Source of the DNA: Ginglymostoma cirratum
Taxonomy: Eukaryota
Direction: 5' to 3'
NCBI GenBank assembly: GCA_024137785.1
Contig: JAHRHZ010000150.1
Coordinates: 817,627 to 881,626 of the forward strand
Length of the DNA: 64,000 bases
The position numbers and the translations under genes were made by a program. Every line of letters begins with the position of its first letter. Position 1 is the first letter of the stretch. Below the pieces are notes generated by a model. The model worked only from the letters and a program-made list of their open reading frames with translations. It was not told the origin of the DNA and did not search any database. Positions 11,842 through 26,585 of the stretch are shown one piece after another.

Positions 11842-14800
11842 GTAAGATTGCACTCATGTAAATACTCAAGATTATAAATTAGATTATGTCCTGAATAAAC
11901 ACCCAACAAAAGGTATTTTATTAACCTATTGATTGCCTATACATGGATGCATTCCCATACTGTAGATTTTCTAGATGAAATTCTATCGCACATTCATCGA
12001 AGAGTTTCCAGTGTAAATTATATTATTGGAAAGTTCTTGTTAATTCATAGAACCACAAAGGCCTACCATTAAAAATGATGCAAACCATTTCTTCCCTTTA
12101 TGACTCCTTCTTGTGTTATCACACTTCAATCCTTCATGTTACTATCTACATAGAAAGCAAGAACATTTCAAAGAGGATTGGAATTCTGGTTAATCCCTGA
12201 AATAAGGACATACCTGAGTATATGGTGGAGGGTGGTTCAGTCAAAGGATTCAAATTGAGCAAGGCTTTCGTTCAGGAAGCAACAATGCATAGAGTTACAG
12301 GCAGCAGGCAGGAGAGTTGAATGAAAGGTAATGGTCTTTCTGAGAGTTGGAATAGAACTGAGATAGTGAGTCACTGACTTGGCAGCTTCCATCCAAATAC
12401 CAACACTAAATTTAGTCAGGTGCAATGAATTAAATCATAGATTTAATGGGAACTTTAGTAAGGCCATGTTTGGAATATTGTGCCCAATTCTCATCTCCAC
12501 ACAACCAGAGGATGTGGAGGCTGTGGAGAAAGTCAAAAAAAAGGTTTACGAGGATATTGCCTGGTTTGAGGGCATTAGCTATGACAACAGATTGAACAAA
12601 CATGGATTATTTTCACTTGGACATTGAAGGATGAGGGATAACCTGATTGAAGTTTACAAAATGATGACGGTCAGGGACAAAATGAATAATCAAAGTCTTT
12701 CACCCAGGGAAAAGACACATGACAATTACAGGGTGATATAGGTAAAAGTAAAAGGAGGAAAGTTTAAGGGAGATATAAGCGATAGGTTTTTCTACACGCA
12801 GGGTGGTAAGTGCCTGGAATTCACTGCCAGAGAAGGTCGGGGAGGCGGAAACAATAGCTACATTTAAGAGGCATCTTGACAGGTATATAAGTAGGCAAGG
12901 AGTAAATGAAAACCAACCGCGCAGAGAAAAGGTTTTTTTTAAATTTAGAAAGGCATCATCTGTCAGTGCAGTCTTGGTGAGCCAATAGGGCCTGGTTCTG
13001 CGCTGTACTGTTCTTTGTAAATGAAGTTAAATTGAAAACCCGTCTCTGTAACGGTGCCATGAGAAAAAAACATCACTTTCCTAAAGGAGCCATGGTTGTT
13101 TAGACAAGCCAGTCCATACCGTTTACGTGGTCTAACCTACCTGTGCCTCCAGGCGCAAGGTGAGGTAGTTGAATTCGCTGAAGTGGCCTTGCAGGCCAGT
13201 CTGTTATACCAATATTATCATCTCTAGGACAATTAGGAGCATCCTCACCAGGGACACCCACATTGAGAAATACAAAAAAAATCCCTCGCATTTCAACTTT
13301 CTGCAATCCATGTGAAAAGGAAACTGACCAGGTTCTTCAGACAGTCAATCATTACTCCTACCTTTACAAAAAAAGCCTTGCTTTCCTACATTTGCTGGTG
13401 AAAGCAGGAAGCTTCATACTTTCCCGTGTCATGTTCTGTTTTATCAAATATTTCAGTCTGTCTATGCTGTGTCACTTTTTTGATACTCTCCTTGATATCT
13501 TACATCTGCTAGTTGGTTTTGCATCATCAAGAAGTGTGGCTGTATTATGTTGAGTCTTTTCCTCTAAGTCTTGGTGTGGGTTTTAAATAATTGATGTCTA
13601 GGACTTGTGGTGCTTGTGGTGCCCAATAAGTTACAAGTGTCCCAGCTGGGAAGGTGATAGCATTGTGGTATTACTGCTAACCTGTTACTTCAGGAAACCC
13701 AGACACTATTCTGTGAATCCGCGTTCAAACACCGGCATGGCAGATGATGGAAATTGAACTGTTTTCTTTTGTAATAATCTGAAATTGGAAGTCTAATGAT
13801 GAATATGCAATACGTTAATTATTAGAAAAAAAACACATCTTGCTCACTAAAGCCCTTGAGGAAAGGAAACTGCAGTCCTTACCTGGTCTGGCCTACATAT
13901 GAGTCCAGACCCACAGCAATGTGGTTCATTCTTAACTGATCTCTGGACAATTACGGATGGGCAATAAATATCGACCTAGCTGTTGCATCCACATCCTGTG
14001 AATGAATTAAAAAAAAACCCTTGTTATTATATTGTCCGTTTTGTGATAGCAGTGCAGAAATCCGTGCCATTTGAATAAATTTTTATTGTGACTTTCTTCC
14101 TGTTGATGAGCTTATTAATATCTCTTAGATATTAAAGACTTTTCATTTCTGAACAATACTATGTGCCCAGGAATTGGCATTTTTTATGGTTTAAGTTTAT
14201 TATTGTGTCACTTGGTTACTATTGCCATGACAATAATAAGCCATTAGCAAGCTTGGAGAAGAGACACTATTGATTTGTAGCAGGAATAAGGATTTTCAGC
14301 CTTACCCCTTTCACGGCACAGTAGCACTCTCTCCACATTGCCCCCAGAATAGAGTGGTAATGCACAAATGGAAAACATATGTAGGAATATGCATTCACAC
14401 AGATTGAAAGAAAAGATCAGAAGAGACAATATGAATCATCTAGGCCTTAGAAAGTATGTGACAGATGATATACTTAAATAGCATCATGAATGTTGAGTTT
14501 CAGTTTTCTGCAGAATCTGGAGCAATTGGGAATGTTCACCTTGGAGAGAAGAAGGGTAAGGAGAGTTTATTCAGAGGTGTTAAAATCCTTTTGTAGAGTA
14601 AATGAGGTTAAACCTTTCCCTGTGGCCAAAAATATAGACAGTTTAGGGTATGGACTAGCGATGGTTGGCTGGAAAGTCTATTTGAACTGGACTGATATTC
14701 ACTTCAAAAATTGAGGAAGATCTTTCATTGATTGGGAAAAATTATGGATACGGAGAAGGAAAGGTGATCTGGGGAAAAAAAATAGATCTTTCAAAGTGCT

Positions 14801-14894
14801 GGTGCAAGAAAAACGTGCTGAATAACATCCTTCCTTATTGTGTAATTGTCTGATTCTACACTACTCAAATGCAATTCTTTTCATTTTGTGCCAG

Positions 14895-14921
14895 ATCTCT
14901 CACAGCAAAAGGTTTGACTGA
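14895..14921 (+). CDS. TRBC: TRBC exon 4 (cytoplasmic tail, stop)
   Basis: Polypyrimidine tract then gccAG, phase 0, ATC TCT CAC AGC AAA AGG TTT GAC TGA = ISHSKRFD*, followed by unique AT-rich 3' UTR. Confidence 0.88.
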   Translation: MSHSKRFD

Positions 14922-15638
14922 TCGCATTGAAGATGGTGGAACACATGAAACAGTATAGAGGAAAGGGATATGCACTTTTTGAATACTTAGAGTGATTTGA
15001 TATCAACTACTTCTGCAGTTCAAGCATGATACTGACAAGTGATCTTCAACATCGTGGCCATGCGTAATAATGGAATAGAGTTAGAGTGTTACCTAATTTT
15101 TCAGGAGTCTATATCTTGATGTGTCGTTATGTTCTCACGAGATAAGCAAGCTTCAGTTTTTTGGGTTGCAAAACAATTAGGCAATTAATTCTCTGGTTGC
15201 CAATTTGAACGTGGGATTATTTGAACCTTTACACATAATCATAAACTATTACAAGGCAACGAGGCCCATTTGATCCCTCTTGCAAAAACATTCTCTGAGT
15301 GTCAGCCATTGAGTTCAAAAATTTCAAAGGCAAAAACAGCTTTTATGCTCAATCTTATTTTTTACCTTCTCTGCCCTCCTCTTTGATTCTGTTATTATAA
15401 TGGCGCATATATTATAAAGTTGAAAGTTGAAAGTGATTCAAATGCTTTTTGAAACTATCTGTTTTTGTTCTCTCTAATTTCTGATCTTGCAGCAATGTAT
15501 TATGAGTTTTAGAATGATTTTATTTGATTATGGAAAAAAGAAAATGTATCATAATTCGTTACGGCATCGTCAATGGAGCTGGCATTGACAACATGCTTGT
15601 GAATTTTTGCAGTCTTTCATCCTTTTTTGTGAAGAAGA

Positions 15639-15664
15639 AATAAATAGATTAACTTCCAAATAAA
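15639..15664 (+). terminator. Candidate polyadenylation signals of TRBC
   Basis: AATAAA at 15639-15644 and 15659-15664, about 720 bp after the stop codon. Confidence 0.6.
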
Positions 15665-18459
15665 ACTTTTCTCACTTTTATTCCATTCAAAATACAACTT
15701 GAGCCAGAATTAAAGTTTATTCAGAAAAGTCAGGTCATTAAATTAATGTTCATAACATACATTTTCTACTGGAACACCAACATCCAAGTTAGAGATTCAA
15801 TGTCTTCATGTTCTGATATAGCAGACATCAGAGGGAAGAATGCTTTCTGTTTCTCATTTAATAAGGAGCTTGAGGAGCTAAATGCAGTATCTCTAGCATG
15901 AGTGAACCCATGAAAGTTTATGTATTAGATATTTACTGATGAACCTTTTTAGAGATGCTGCTGCACATCTGTAATGCAAGTGGTACTTGAACTTGGGTCT
16001 CCTAGTTCAGAAATAGGGACACTACGACTGCAGATTCAGGTCTTGTGCCTCCAGTTGATTGAACCGCTGCAGATAAACAAGGTGTTCCGAATTCCAGCGC
16101 CACTCAGATACTTATGGACACAAAAAGTGAATTGATATTGGATGAAGGAGGTTCTTTCTACGAAGGGAGACTAATGCAGGTTTACCAGGCTGTTTGCTGC
16201 AGGGCTGATGTCTGAAGTAGTACCAGATTGGTTAGCATGACATCTACTGGAGTTTAGAAGAATGAAGGGGTGATCTCATGGAAACTGAGGAAAATTCGGG
16301 CAGGCCGAGATTGGGTAAATGGAGGATGAATGTTCCCAATAGCTGGAGAGTCCAGAGGAGGGGTCACACCCTACAGGTAGGGAATCGGCCAATTAGGAGT
16401 GAGATGAGGAGAATTTATTTTTCATCCAGAGACTAGTGACCCCGTGCAATTCTGCATTACAGAAAACAGTTGAGGCCAAAACATTGACTTTTTTCAGAAA
16501 GGAGTTAGACATAGGTCTTGGAGCTACAAGGGTGTGGAGAGGAATCAGGAGCAGGGGACTGAGCTGAATGATCAGCCATGATCATACTGAATGGCAGAAC
16601 AGGTTTCACGGCTATTCCCACTCCTGTTGTCCCGCACATTTTCTTGCAGAGCAGGTTATCTGTGGTTGATGCAGAGTGGCATTAATCAGGATAACCCTGG
16701 AAACAATTTGACACTAGACATGAAGGATACGTATAGACTGTCTTGTCTGTTGAGACTCCTCCACCATTTAATATGCTCACAACTGAACTATCACTCAACT
16801 TTAAACCCAACACCTGATTGCCTGAGACAAAAACAAAATCTGTTCAGGTCACCTACATTCAAGCATGGAACATAGACATTGCTGGAGAAACTCAACATGT
16901 CTGACAGCACCTGTGCAGAGGAAGCAGAGTGAGCCTCACGGGCTCAGTGATGCTTCATCAGCATTAATTCTATATTCAGTTACATAATTGCAAATTTAAT
17001 TTCCTCCTGGACGAATTCAAACTTGACAGGAACAAAAACAGAAGTTGCTGGAAAAGCTCAGAAGGTCTGTCAGCAGCTGAGAAGAGAAATCAGAGTTAAC
17101 TTTTTGGGTCTGGTGACCCTTTCTCAGAACTGGATGAGACGAGTTCAGTTTGGGAACCTTGATTGGCATGGACGAGTTGGACCAAGAGTTCTGTTTCCGT
17201 GCCTTATGACTCTATCACTCTATAACTTTTATACTTCAAGCCATTTTACTCTTTCTATTGTAGTTGTGAAAAGGCTATTTCTAAGCAAGTGATGGCAGTA
17301 TTGATGACCTCTTCCATCATTTTACTAGTGATTGAGAGTAGATTGATGGGAGTGTAATTGAATGGGTTAGATTTTCCTACTTTTTGTTGACTGGGTATAC
17401 CTTGGAAATTTTCCATATTGTCAGGTAGATGCCAGTGTTGTAGCTGGACTGGATAAACTTAGGTCAGATGCGACAATTTCTGGAGTGCAGGTCTCCAGCA
17501 CTATTTTCCACATGTTGACATGATCTTCAGACTTCTTAATACCCAGTGTCATCAGCCATTTCTTGATATCATGTGTAGTGAATTGAATTGGCTGAAAATG
17601 ATTTTGGGGCTCTTTCAAAATATAATGAGGTGAATCACCCACTCAGAGCGTCTGGTTCAAGGTTGCTGTACCCTTCGGTCTTACCTTTTGCATGAAAATG
17701 CAATACAGACTGGCGATTGCTGGAAATCGGAAGCAAAATTAGAAACTGCTAGAGAAACTCAGCAGGTCTGGAAGAATCTATGGACAGTCAGCATCTTCGG
17801 TCCAGTGACACTTCATCAGAGCTGATTTTGCTAAGTTTCTCCAACAATGTCTATCTTTTTACCATTTGCACTGTTGTCCTGGGCTCCCTCAATATTCAGT
17901 ATGAAACATTTGTCGTGCCTCTTCCTGCAGTAATTTTAACTGTCCACCACCTTTCACGACTGAATGTGCCAGGACTACAGATCTTAGGTCTGATCCATTG
18001 GCCGTGGAATCACTTAGCTCCATTTGTCCCTTGCTTCTTATGTTTTTTGGTGCACAATTATCAATTTCTCTTAAGACTGTCTCCCGATGTTTTAGTTTCG
18101 TTAACTGTGAGAAATAGTTTGTAACATTTTACCCTAACAAACTACTTCAGAATATTGTATGTTCCAAATAGACCACCTTTCACTCTTCTGATCACCTGAG
18201 AATCGAGGCGAAAATTGCTAAGCCATTCATTACAGGAAAGTCCCCTCATTTGAAGTACCAAATTCGTGAAATTACTGTATTGCCTCCAATGAAAGAATAT
18301 CCTGTCCTAATAATCAAAACTGTGCATTGTATTCTAAGTGTGGTATCATTATGAGCCTATACTTTTTGGCACATTTCCACATTCATGCACATAAATCTCC
18401 TTGAAATACTTGCTGCATTTATGCAGTGACTCTCTGCAACCCTTGCCTGACCAAATCCA

Positions 18460-18637
18460 AGATATAACACAGTGTGGAGCTGGAGGAACACAGCAGGACA
18501 GGCAGCATCAGAGGAGCAGGAAAGCTAATGTTTTGGGTCATCTTTCTGGCTTTCCTGATGCTGCCTGGCCACCTGTGTTCCCCTAGTTCCACACTGTATT
18601 ATCTCTGACTCCAGCACCGGCAGTTCTTACTATCTCT
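18460..18637. mobile_element. Older fold-back Penelope-derived element
   Basis: gatataacacagtgtggagctggaggaacacagc... with inverted copy ...cctgtgttcccctagttccacactgtattatctc. Confidence 0.7.
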
Positions 18638-19869
18638 TACTGAGCATATCCAACTTGCTTTGACCATAAACATTAATAAGCTTCACACCTTTTCAAAAAA
18701 TATTCTGCTTCTCTATTATTTTGAGTAAAATAGACAAAAGTTATAGCATTTAAAAGACATTATGCAGATACGCAAATAAGAAAGGTTCAGAAGGAAATGG
18801 GCCAAATGCAGGCAGATGGGTTAGGCTTAGTTTGGGAAACCTGGTCGGCATGGACGAGTTGGATCGAAGGGTCTGTTTTGGTGCTGTGTGATTCTGACTA
18901 TATAACTTTACACTGCACACTATTTTATTCCCTTAGATGTGTTTGTGCCTATACTTAACCCGTCATTTATCTCTGCCTCTTTATGTCTGCCCTATAACCT
19001 ACTTTTCCAACTAGCCTTGAACCATTGCCAAATTGGATCCAGTATGGCCTCTATATTCATCTAAGTAATTAAATAGCTGAGGTCCCAGCACTGATCCCTA
19101 ATCCAGTACTCTATCCATTGCCTTGCCAATGTGAAAATCTACCATTTATACCACTAAGTCCTGAATAGGATCGGTTGCTCCTAGCAAGCCAACCAATTAT
19201 GAATCATTTGCATTTCTTGTTAGCATGCTACCCAGAAACCCAGCATTTATCGCTTTCTTGGTTTATGGTCACTTTGTTTGAGCCTAACGCTCTCTTTCTC
19301 CCCTCCCCCCTCCCCACCAACCACCCACACTCTCTGGGTTCTGTCTACACATACTATATTCACTACCCCTACCTCCCCGCCCGCCCTCTTCTCTGTGCCG
19401 CAAACCACATCATCAGCACAATTACCACCCTTTCCTGTTGTCAGTTCTGGTGCAAGGACACGGGACTTGAAGCTCTTTTATTTCCCAACACAGATGCCAC
19501 CAGGTCTTCTGAGTTTCTCGAACAATTTGTATTTTTGTTTCAGATTTCCAGCATCCACAATTTACTGACTTTACCCTGGAGAGGAATCCTGTACTGGTGA
19601 CTCATATTTTCGTTGCCAAGTGCAGGTTGGGAATTTAATAGAATACTTCCCAGGATGAATGCAGCTACAACAATACTCTAGAAGCTTGACACTACCTAAG
19701 ACAAAGCACCCCATTTGAGTACTACATTATCCGTCACTGTCAACATGTGTTCCCTTCTCCATCCTACATTGTGGTACAGCTGTGTGCCATTGATAAGTTG
19801 CATTGCTGTTAACTCACCAAGACAGGTCTGACATCTTCCAAACCAAATCCTCTATGAGCACAACAACAT

Positions 19870-20195
19870 AGAACGTACAGTGTAGAAAGACACCATTTAT
19901 CCCACCAAGGTTTCACTGAACCTTTGAAGTAAAACGCCCTCACCCTATCCTTGTAACCCTGCATTTCCGATGTCTAATCCATCTAGCTTGCACTATGAAG
20001 CAATTTAATGTGGCCGATCCACTTATAATGCCCATCTTTGGACTGTGGGATGAAACAAGAGCACCCAGATGAAACCCATGCTGACAAGGGGAGAACACGC
20101 CAACTCCAAACAGACAGTCGCATGAAGCTGGAATCCAACCCGGGTGCCTGGTGTTTTGAGGCAGCAGAGATAACCAAGAACCACCAAGCCACAGT
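19870..20195 (-). mobile_element. V-SINE (HE1-like), degraded
   Basis: Similar to the copy at 3941-4235. Confidence 0.7.
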
Positions 20196-21094
20196 CAGTA
20201 TGGATCAATGCAATCACCATCAAATGCAAGGCAATCCCTCTCCTGATTTGGAAGTATACTGCCATTCCTTTATTCTCACTTAAGCAAAAAATTTACTCTC
20301 CCTTCCCTACAGCTTGTTGGATTTTCTTGCCTACCAAAGAATACAATTAGATTAAGAAGGCAGTTCAGAACAACCTTCTCTGAGGCAGTTAGGGATAAAC
20401 AATAAATTCTAACGTATCTTGCGCTACCCTCATCTGTTGAACAAAGAATATGTATATATCCCCTTTGGGTTGAAGATCAGGTTCTCATCACTCTCTGGTC
20501 AAAGCAGTTTCCCCATGAATTTGTCAGTTGGCTATTACAATCAATGTTCATACTTGCGGTAGTTATGATTCCAGTTGCATTTTACACCCCAAAGGGAATC
20601 AGCTTCTTTATGCCTAAGTTTTTAACATCCATTCTAATCCTTCACCACGTTGGCCTTTAGCTCTCTTCTTCTTTTGCACAAAGGGATCTGCCCTGCCCAT
20701 TCTGTTTGATGATGACTAATAATGCATCTGATAACTGCCTTCCGGAACATGCACACTTTATCTTTGCAAACAGGCTGAAAATAAGACGGATGCTGGGTAG
20801 AGGTATCAACATCTCTTTTACTCAGACTTGTTACAATTCCTGCTTGTTTTGCTGATTGAGGGCATTCAACTTGACAGAAGGAGAATAATTTTCTGTCTCT
20901 TCCTATTCCCCGAGATTTCTTTGGACAGTTAGTGCTGCCCTTTTTCTTTATCTTTTGATCATTATTTAGTTTCCGATCACTGTCTGTCTCTAAGGTCCGT
21001 TTCTCATTATCCCCATTCTTCTATCTTCCTCTGTGTTCTCTCTTTATAGACAAATACATGAGATATGTGTGTGAAATTAACATACCCCCTAAGA

Positions 21095-22740
21095 CTATAA
21101 GCGATAGAGGCAGAATTAGACCATTTGGCACATTCTGTCTCCTCTGCCATTTGATCATGGCTGATGTGTTTCTCAATCCCGTTCTACTGCGCCCTTCCTT
21201 AACCCTTCATCCTCTTACTAGTCAAGAACCTGTGTTCACTCTCTTATATACACTTAATGATTGATCTCCACAGCCTTCTGCAGCAATGAGTTCCACAGAT
21301 TCACCACCCTCTGGCTGAAGAAATTCCTCCTCATCACAATTCAATACAATGGTCCCTTCATCCTGAAGCTGTACCCTTGGGTGTGAGTCTCTTCTACAAG
21401 TGGAAACATCTTCTCTGTGTTCACTCTTTTGCAGACTGTCAGCATCTGTAAGTTTCAATCAAATCCCCCCTCATCCTTCTAAGCGCCACTGAGTACAGGC
21501 CCAGAGTTCTCAACTGCTCCTCATGTGATAAGCCCTTCACACCTGGGTTCATCTTGTAAATCTCCTCTGGTGTCACTCCAAGGCCATAACATCCTTTAAA
21601 GAATGGATTTTAATATTGCTCACAGTATTCCAAATAGGATCTGATCAGATACTGTACAGCAGTATACCCCTGCTCTTGTATTCTATTCTTCTTGAAATAT
21701 ATGCTAGCATTGCGTTTGCCTTCCCAACTGCCAACTGAACCTGCATACTAACCTGAGGAGCATCCTAAACTGGTACTCCATAGTTCTTTTGTATTTCAGA
21801 TTTTCAAAGCCTTTCCACATTGCAGATATAATCTATGTCTCTAATCTTCCGATCAAAGTGCATAACATCACAATTTCCCATACCGTAATCCATTCTCCAC
21901 TTCTTTGCTCACTCTCCTAGTCTGTCCAAATCGTTCTGCAGCCTGCCCATTTCCTGAACACTACCTGTATCTCCACCTTTTGTTGTATCATCTGAAAGTT
22001 TTGTGTCAGTGCCCTCAGTTCCTTATCCTAGATTGTTAGTCCATAAGGTGAATAATTGTGGTCCCAACACCGACCACAGTGGAACTCCTCAGATATTCTG
22101 AAAAATACCTCTTTATTCAAGCTCTCTGCCTTCTGCCATTCAACAAATATTCTATTCATGCTAGTTCGTTGTCTTCTAGTTTTGAACTCCCCGCAACTTG
22201 GGGAAAACACCTTTACTATTCACCTTATCTGTGCCCCTCATGATTTTATAAACCTCTATAAGGTCGTCCCTCCACCTCCTACGTTCCAGGAAAACAAGTC
22301 CCAGCTTATCCAGCCTTTCCTTGTAACTCAAACCCTCCAGTCCTTGTAACGTCCTTGTAAATCTTTTCTGCACCCTCTCCAATTTAATAATATCTTTCCT
22401 ACAGAAGAACAAACAGAACAGTGAACTGTACTCCAAAAGTCCATTTGCTGTTTTACACCCACAATTAGGCTGTTAGAGAGGTAGTTCCAGTATTTTCACC
22501 CCGTGTTACTGAAGGAATGATGATCTTTTCTATATCTATATCTATATCTATATCTATATCTATATCTTATCTTGTTTAGCTGCCTGTTGTTTGGCACCTT
22601 GCCAAAGACCTTCTGGAAATCTATACAAACCATATCCACAGGCTGTGCTTTGTCTGACTGGCTCGTTATCCCCTCAGAAAGTTCTAACAGATTTCCAGGC
22701 ATGACCTTGCTTTGATGAACCTGTGGGGACCCATTTCAGG
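21095..22740 (-). mobile_element. Nested CR1-clade LINE fragments
   Basis: Remnants RKDIIKLERVQKRFTR...LERRR.R.DLIEVYKIM and VDMVCIDFQKVFGKVP (RT motif). Confidence 0.8.
22531..22566 (+). repeat. (TATATC)6 microsatellite
   Basis: Six perfect hexamer units. Confidence 0.95.
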
Positions 22741-23879
22741 AAGCATTTCCAAGTACTCCTCAATCTTTGATTCTTTACTTTCTCTGTGCATTTCATCATA
22801 CTTCCAACCCTGCCATTCCCTGAACCTCTCCCACTCCATCGACTGCCATGCATTGCCTTTCTATCTGCTGTATAAGCCATTCCTTCTACATTTCTAGCTG
22901 CACAGATACATCTGCCTTTCTCTGTTCTATGCTCCACATTTTTTCTATCTCTTTATCCTGCATTGATTTTCCATTTTTGTCATTCTGTCTTTTCTCCCTC
23001 TGACTCTGTCTCATTCCCTTTTCCTCAAGACTCTCTCTCATTCTTTCATCTTGTATGGGTCTTACTGTTTCTATTTTCTGCATTTGTCTCCCTCTTTCTG
23101 CCTCTTCCTCTCTCATGTTCTACCTTTCTCACTCTGTCATTCACCATCAATCACTTCCACAAAAGATTTGCTGATTCTTTCTCTGATTTTTCATTGTGAG
23201 GATACACTGGGTGGAGACATTTCGCATGAGCAGTGAGAAAGAAGAAAACTTCCCAGTAGATATCAAAAAGGAGAAAAAATCTTTTAAGGTATTAGCAAAA
23301 TGAAATGTAATTACTGGCGGCTGAGTAGTTTTCCTAAGCCAGAGCAGTCTGCTCCGTCCATTTACTTTCTTTTCTTATTCCTCTTTTTGTGTTTCCCACC
23401 CCTCCCACTTCTTTCTTCTTTTTATCCCTTTACTTACTTCCATTCCTCGGACAGGCGCAATGCACGCCCAGCCCAAGGGAAGCTCAGCATGGACTCATGG
23501 GCTCAAGGTGAAAACCAGAATGGAATGCCTACTTTAGAACTTTAGGGCTATAATGTTGAGCTTTTACTTTAATTAATTTATTATTATTCTAATTTATACC
23601 TAAGGTTTGGTACGTGGATATCTTTTTACCTAAGTTGGTGCCAGAAGTGGCAACCTTATGCATTGACCTCTTTACTCATGTATTCCTGCACTTGAGTATA
23701 TGTGACAATAAACTGAATTCTAAATGTAATTCTACTGAAAGCAGTTGGCTGACGGACTGCTGGACGTGACACTACAACATGTTTTGAATTGAAAATTCAT
23801 GCCCTTTGCCACTTTGGTCTGTTATTTTTCACAGTATCTGGAAAACAACATCTCAAAACAAGGCTCTACGTGAAAAAAA

Positions 23880-24120
23880 ATGCAGCTGCAATGGGAGAAG
23901 TCAGACAAAAGATGTGGGGTTGAAACTTTCGAGTGGTGCACTGAAACTTTCCATTGTAATGGGTGCCTAAGGTTTGCGAGAAGTAGTTCTTTGTTTCCTG
24001 GTGTAACTGTGGTTTGACTGAATGTAACACCTGTTGTGCTGCAATCTCTGTTTGAAGAGCAGCTGATCACATTTCTTTGCTCATATTTTCTCTTCAGTGA
24101 TAATGTCTCAGTGACTCCTC
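23880..24120. promoter_or_regulatory. Candidate TCR beta enhancer (E-beta-like motif cluster)
   Basis: Non-repetitive stretch with E-boxes CAGCTG (23883, 24060) and CACCTG (24028), TCF/LEF CTTTGTT (23989), ETS TTCCTG (23995), RUNX TGTGGTTTGAC (24008-24018) and GATA TGATAA (24098); about 9 kb 3' of TRBC. Confidence 0.5.
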
Positions 24121-26232
24121 CAACTGTCAAATAGCACTGCTAGATGCATTTGGTCACGTTCATCTACATTTCTGCAGCTAAACTTCCTTTTTACAATATA
24201 TCTGTCACTTCTCTTACTCAGGCCTTCTGTTTTAAGTGGCAAGTTATCTTAGTTTTCATTCAACTATCAATATTTCCTTGCCCTTTCTTTAAGTCAATCT
24301 GCTGCTCATTCTTTCCTTCCCTCAGAATAACCTTTTACTTGTCTATAAGAATTCTATAATTCTTTATTCCTTTTTTTCATTCTATTTATCCTTCAGTTAT
24401 CTTCCTCTTTCATTCGTTATTTCTATTTCTTTTCCTTGCTCTTTGGTGGGTGTTCCTTCTTGCTAACTCTTTATTTTCTCCTTTGCTCCCCACGTCTTTC
24501 TGTCTTATTTTCCATTGCCGTATGCCTTCATCTTATTTGTTTTCTATTTTAAACTTAGAACATACAGCAGTACAGCACTGGAACTGGCCCTTCGCCTCGC
24601 CATGTCGGTGCTGACCATGATGTTGTTCTAAACTAATCCCATCTGTTTGCACATGGTCTGTATCCCTCTATTCCCTACCTGTTCATGTGTCTATCTAAAT
24701 GCTTCTTAAATTTTACAATCGTATCTACCTCTAGCACCTCCTCTAACAGCACATTTTAGGAACCTACCACACACTGTGTTAAAAAAAATTCTTCACACAT
24801 CTTTTTCACATTTTTCCCTTCTCACCTTAAAACTATGTGGCTTAGTATTTGACATTATCGCCTTAGGAATAAAATACTCCGACCTCAGCTTCCTTCAATA
24901 TCAACCCAATTTATTTCCAGCGGTTTTTATCTCTCAATGTCACCTTTCTTACTGAACTCAGAATGGAAAAGAATCTTATATGTTGAATTTCGCTGCTACA
25001 TTTTGTTCTGTTATAACTTATTTATTTGGGAGGGGAGGTGGTGAATAGAGAGCGAGAGATAATTCAAGCAATAAATAGAAGAACCACGAGGATACTTGGA
25101 TAGCTCTCAAGATAGAATGATAATGTTTTGATAAGTAGGGTGACAAGATAGCATGATCAGTTGGGATTGATTGATAAGTAAGTAAATGATAGAAAGAAAT
25201 ATAGATCGACAGACAGACCGATAGATAACAGTCAGAGTCATAGAGTAATACAGCATAGAGACAGGCTCCTTGGCCCAAACGGTTTCATGCTGACCATGGT
25301 GGCTAGTCAGCGAGTTCCAATTGCCTGCATTTGTTCCATGTCCTCTAAACCATTCCCATCCATGTATCTATTCAATTGTTTTTATAAATGTTACTATTGT
25401 ACCTGGCTCAACCACTTTCTCTGTGTTCCACAAACACGCTACTCCTCAGGTCATTCTTAAATCTTAGATAGACAGATGGACAGATAGATAGGTAGACAGA
25501 TGGACAGAAATTAATATCAATAGATTACTATGCTAAGAGAAAAATATATTTATCCTCAAGAGAAAAGTGCATAGACAGGTCGAGGTCAAGAATTCGAGAC
25601 AGTTATAAAATATGTAAATGATTAATATCGGAGAAAACAGAGGGTGAATACAGAACAATATGGGTGCGTGACATTAATTCTATAAGACCATAATATGTAG
25701 GAGCAGAAATAGGCCATTCAGCTCATCGAGTCTGCTGTGCCATTCAATCTGCTCACCCTCAACGTCATTTCCCTGCCTTTTTCCCTATGATCTTTAATTC
25801 CTTTACTGATTAGGAATCTATCTTAGCCTTGAATATACTTAAAGATCAGACCTCCACAGTCTTCTGTGGCAAAGAATTCCACGGATTCACTACAGTATGA
25901 AAGAACAATTTCCTTCTCATCTCTATCGTAATTAAATGTCCCTTACCCTAAGATTGTGCCCTCTGGTCCTAGACTTTTTCGCAAGGGAAATAACTTTCAA
26001 CCTCTACCCTGTCAAGTCCCCTAAGAATCTTTCAAGCACTCTATTACAAAATTCTCTTCACTGTTAGCTGCTAGTCCAGAAAAGAGTGCTGTTCTCCAAA
26101 ATGATTCCTACATCATGCCGAACAAATGAATATGTTTCATTGACTATCAGAATACAGGTATTATCACATTTCCAGAGGAGAACACCCATCAATCACTGCT
26201 CACTGATAAGGTCCATCCTGTTATCACACAGG

Positions 26233-26585
26233 ATGGCACAGTGATTTAATGGTCAGCACTGCTGCCTCACAGAGCTAGGGATCCGGGTTTGATTCCTTCC
26301 TCGAGCGACTACCTGTGTGGAGTTTGCACATTTTCCCCGTGCCTGCGTGGTTTCTTCTTGGTACTCTGGTTTCCTTCCACAGTCCAAATATATGCAGTTG
26401 AGGTGGATTGGTCATCCTGAACTTGCCTATAGCATCCAGGGATGTTCAAATTAGGTGGCTTATCCATGGGAGATGCAGCATTACAGGGACAGAGTAGTGT
26501 AGGGGGTGTGGGTGGGATGGTTTTTGTAATTTAGGTGTGGACTTGATAGGCTGAATGGCCTGCTTCCACTCTGTAGAGATTCTAT
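26233..26585 (+). mobile_element. V-SINE (HE1-like)
   Basis: ggcacagtgatttaatggtcagcactgctgcctcacag...tgtgtggagtttgcaca...gattctat. Confidence 0.85.
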
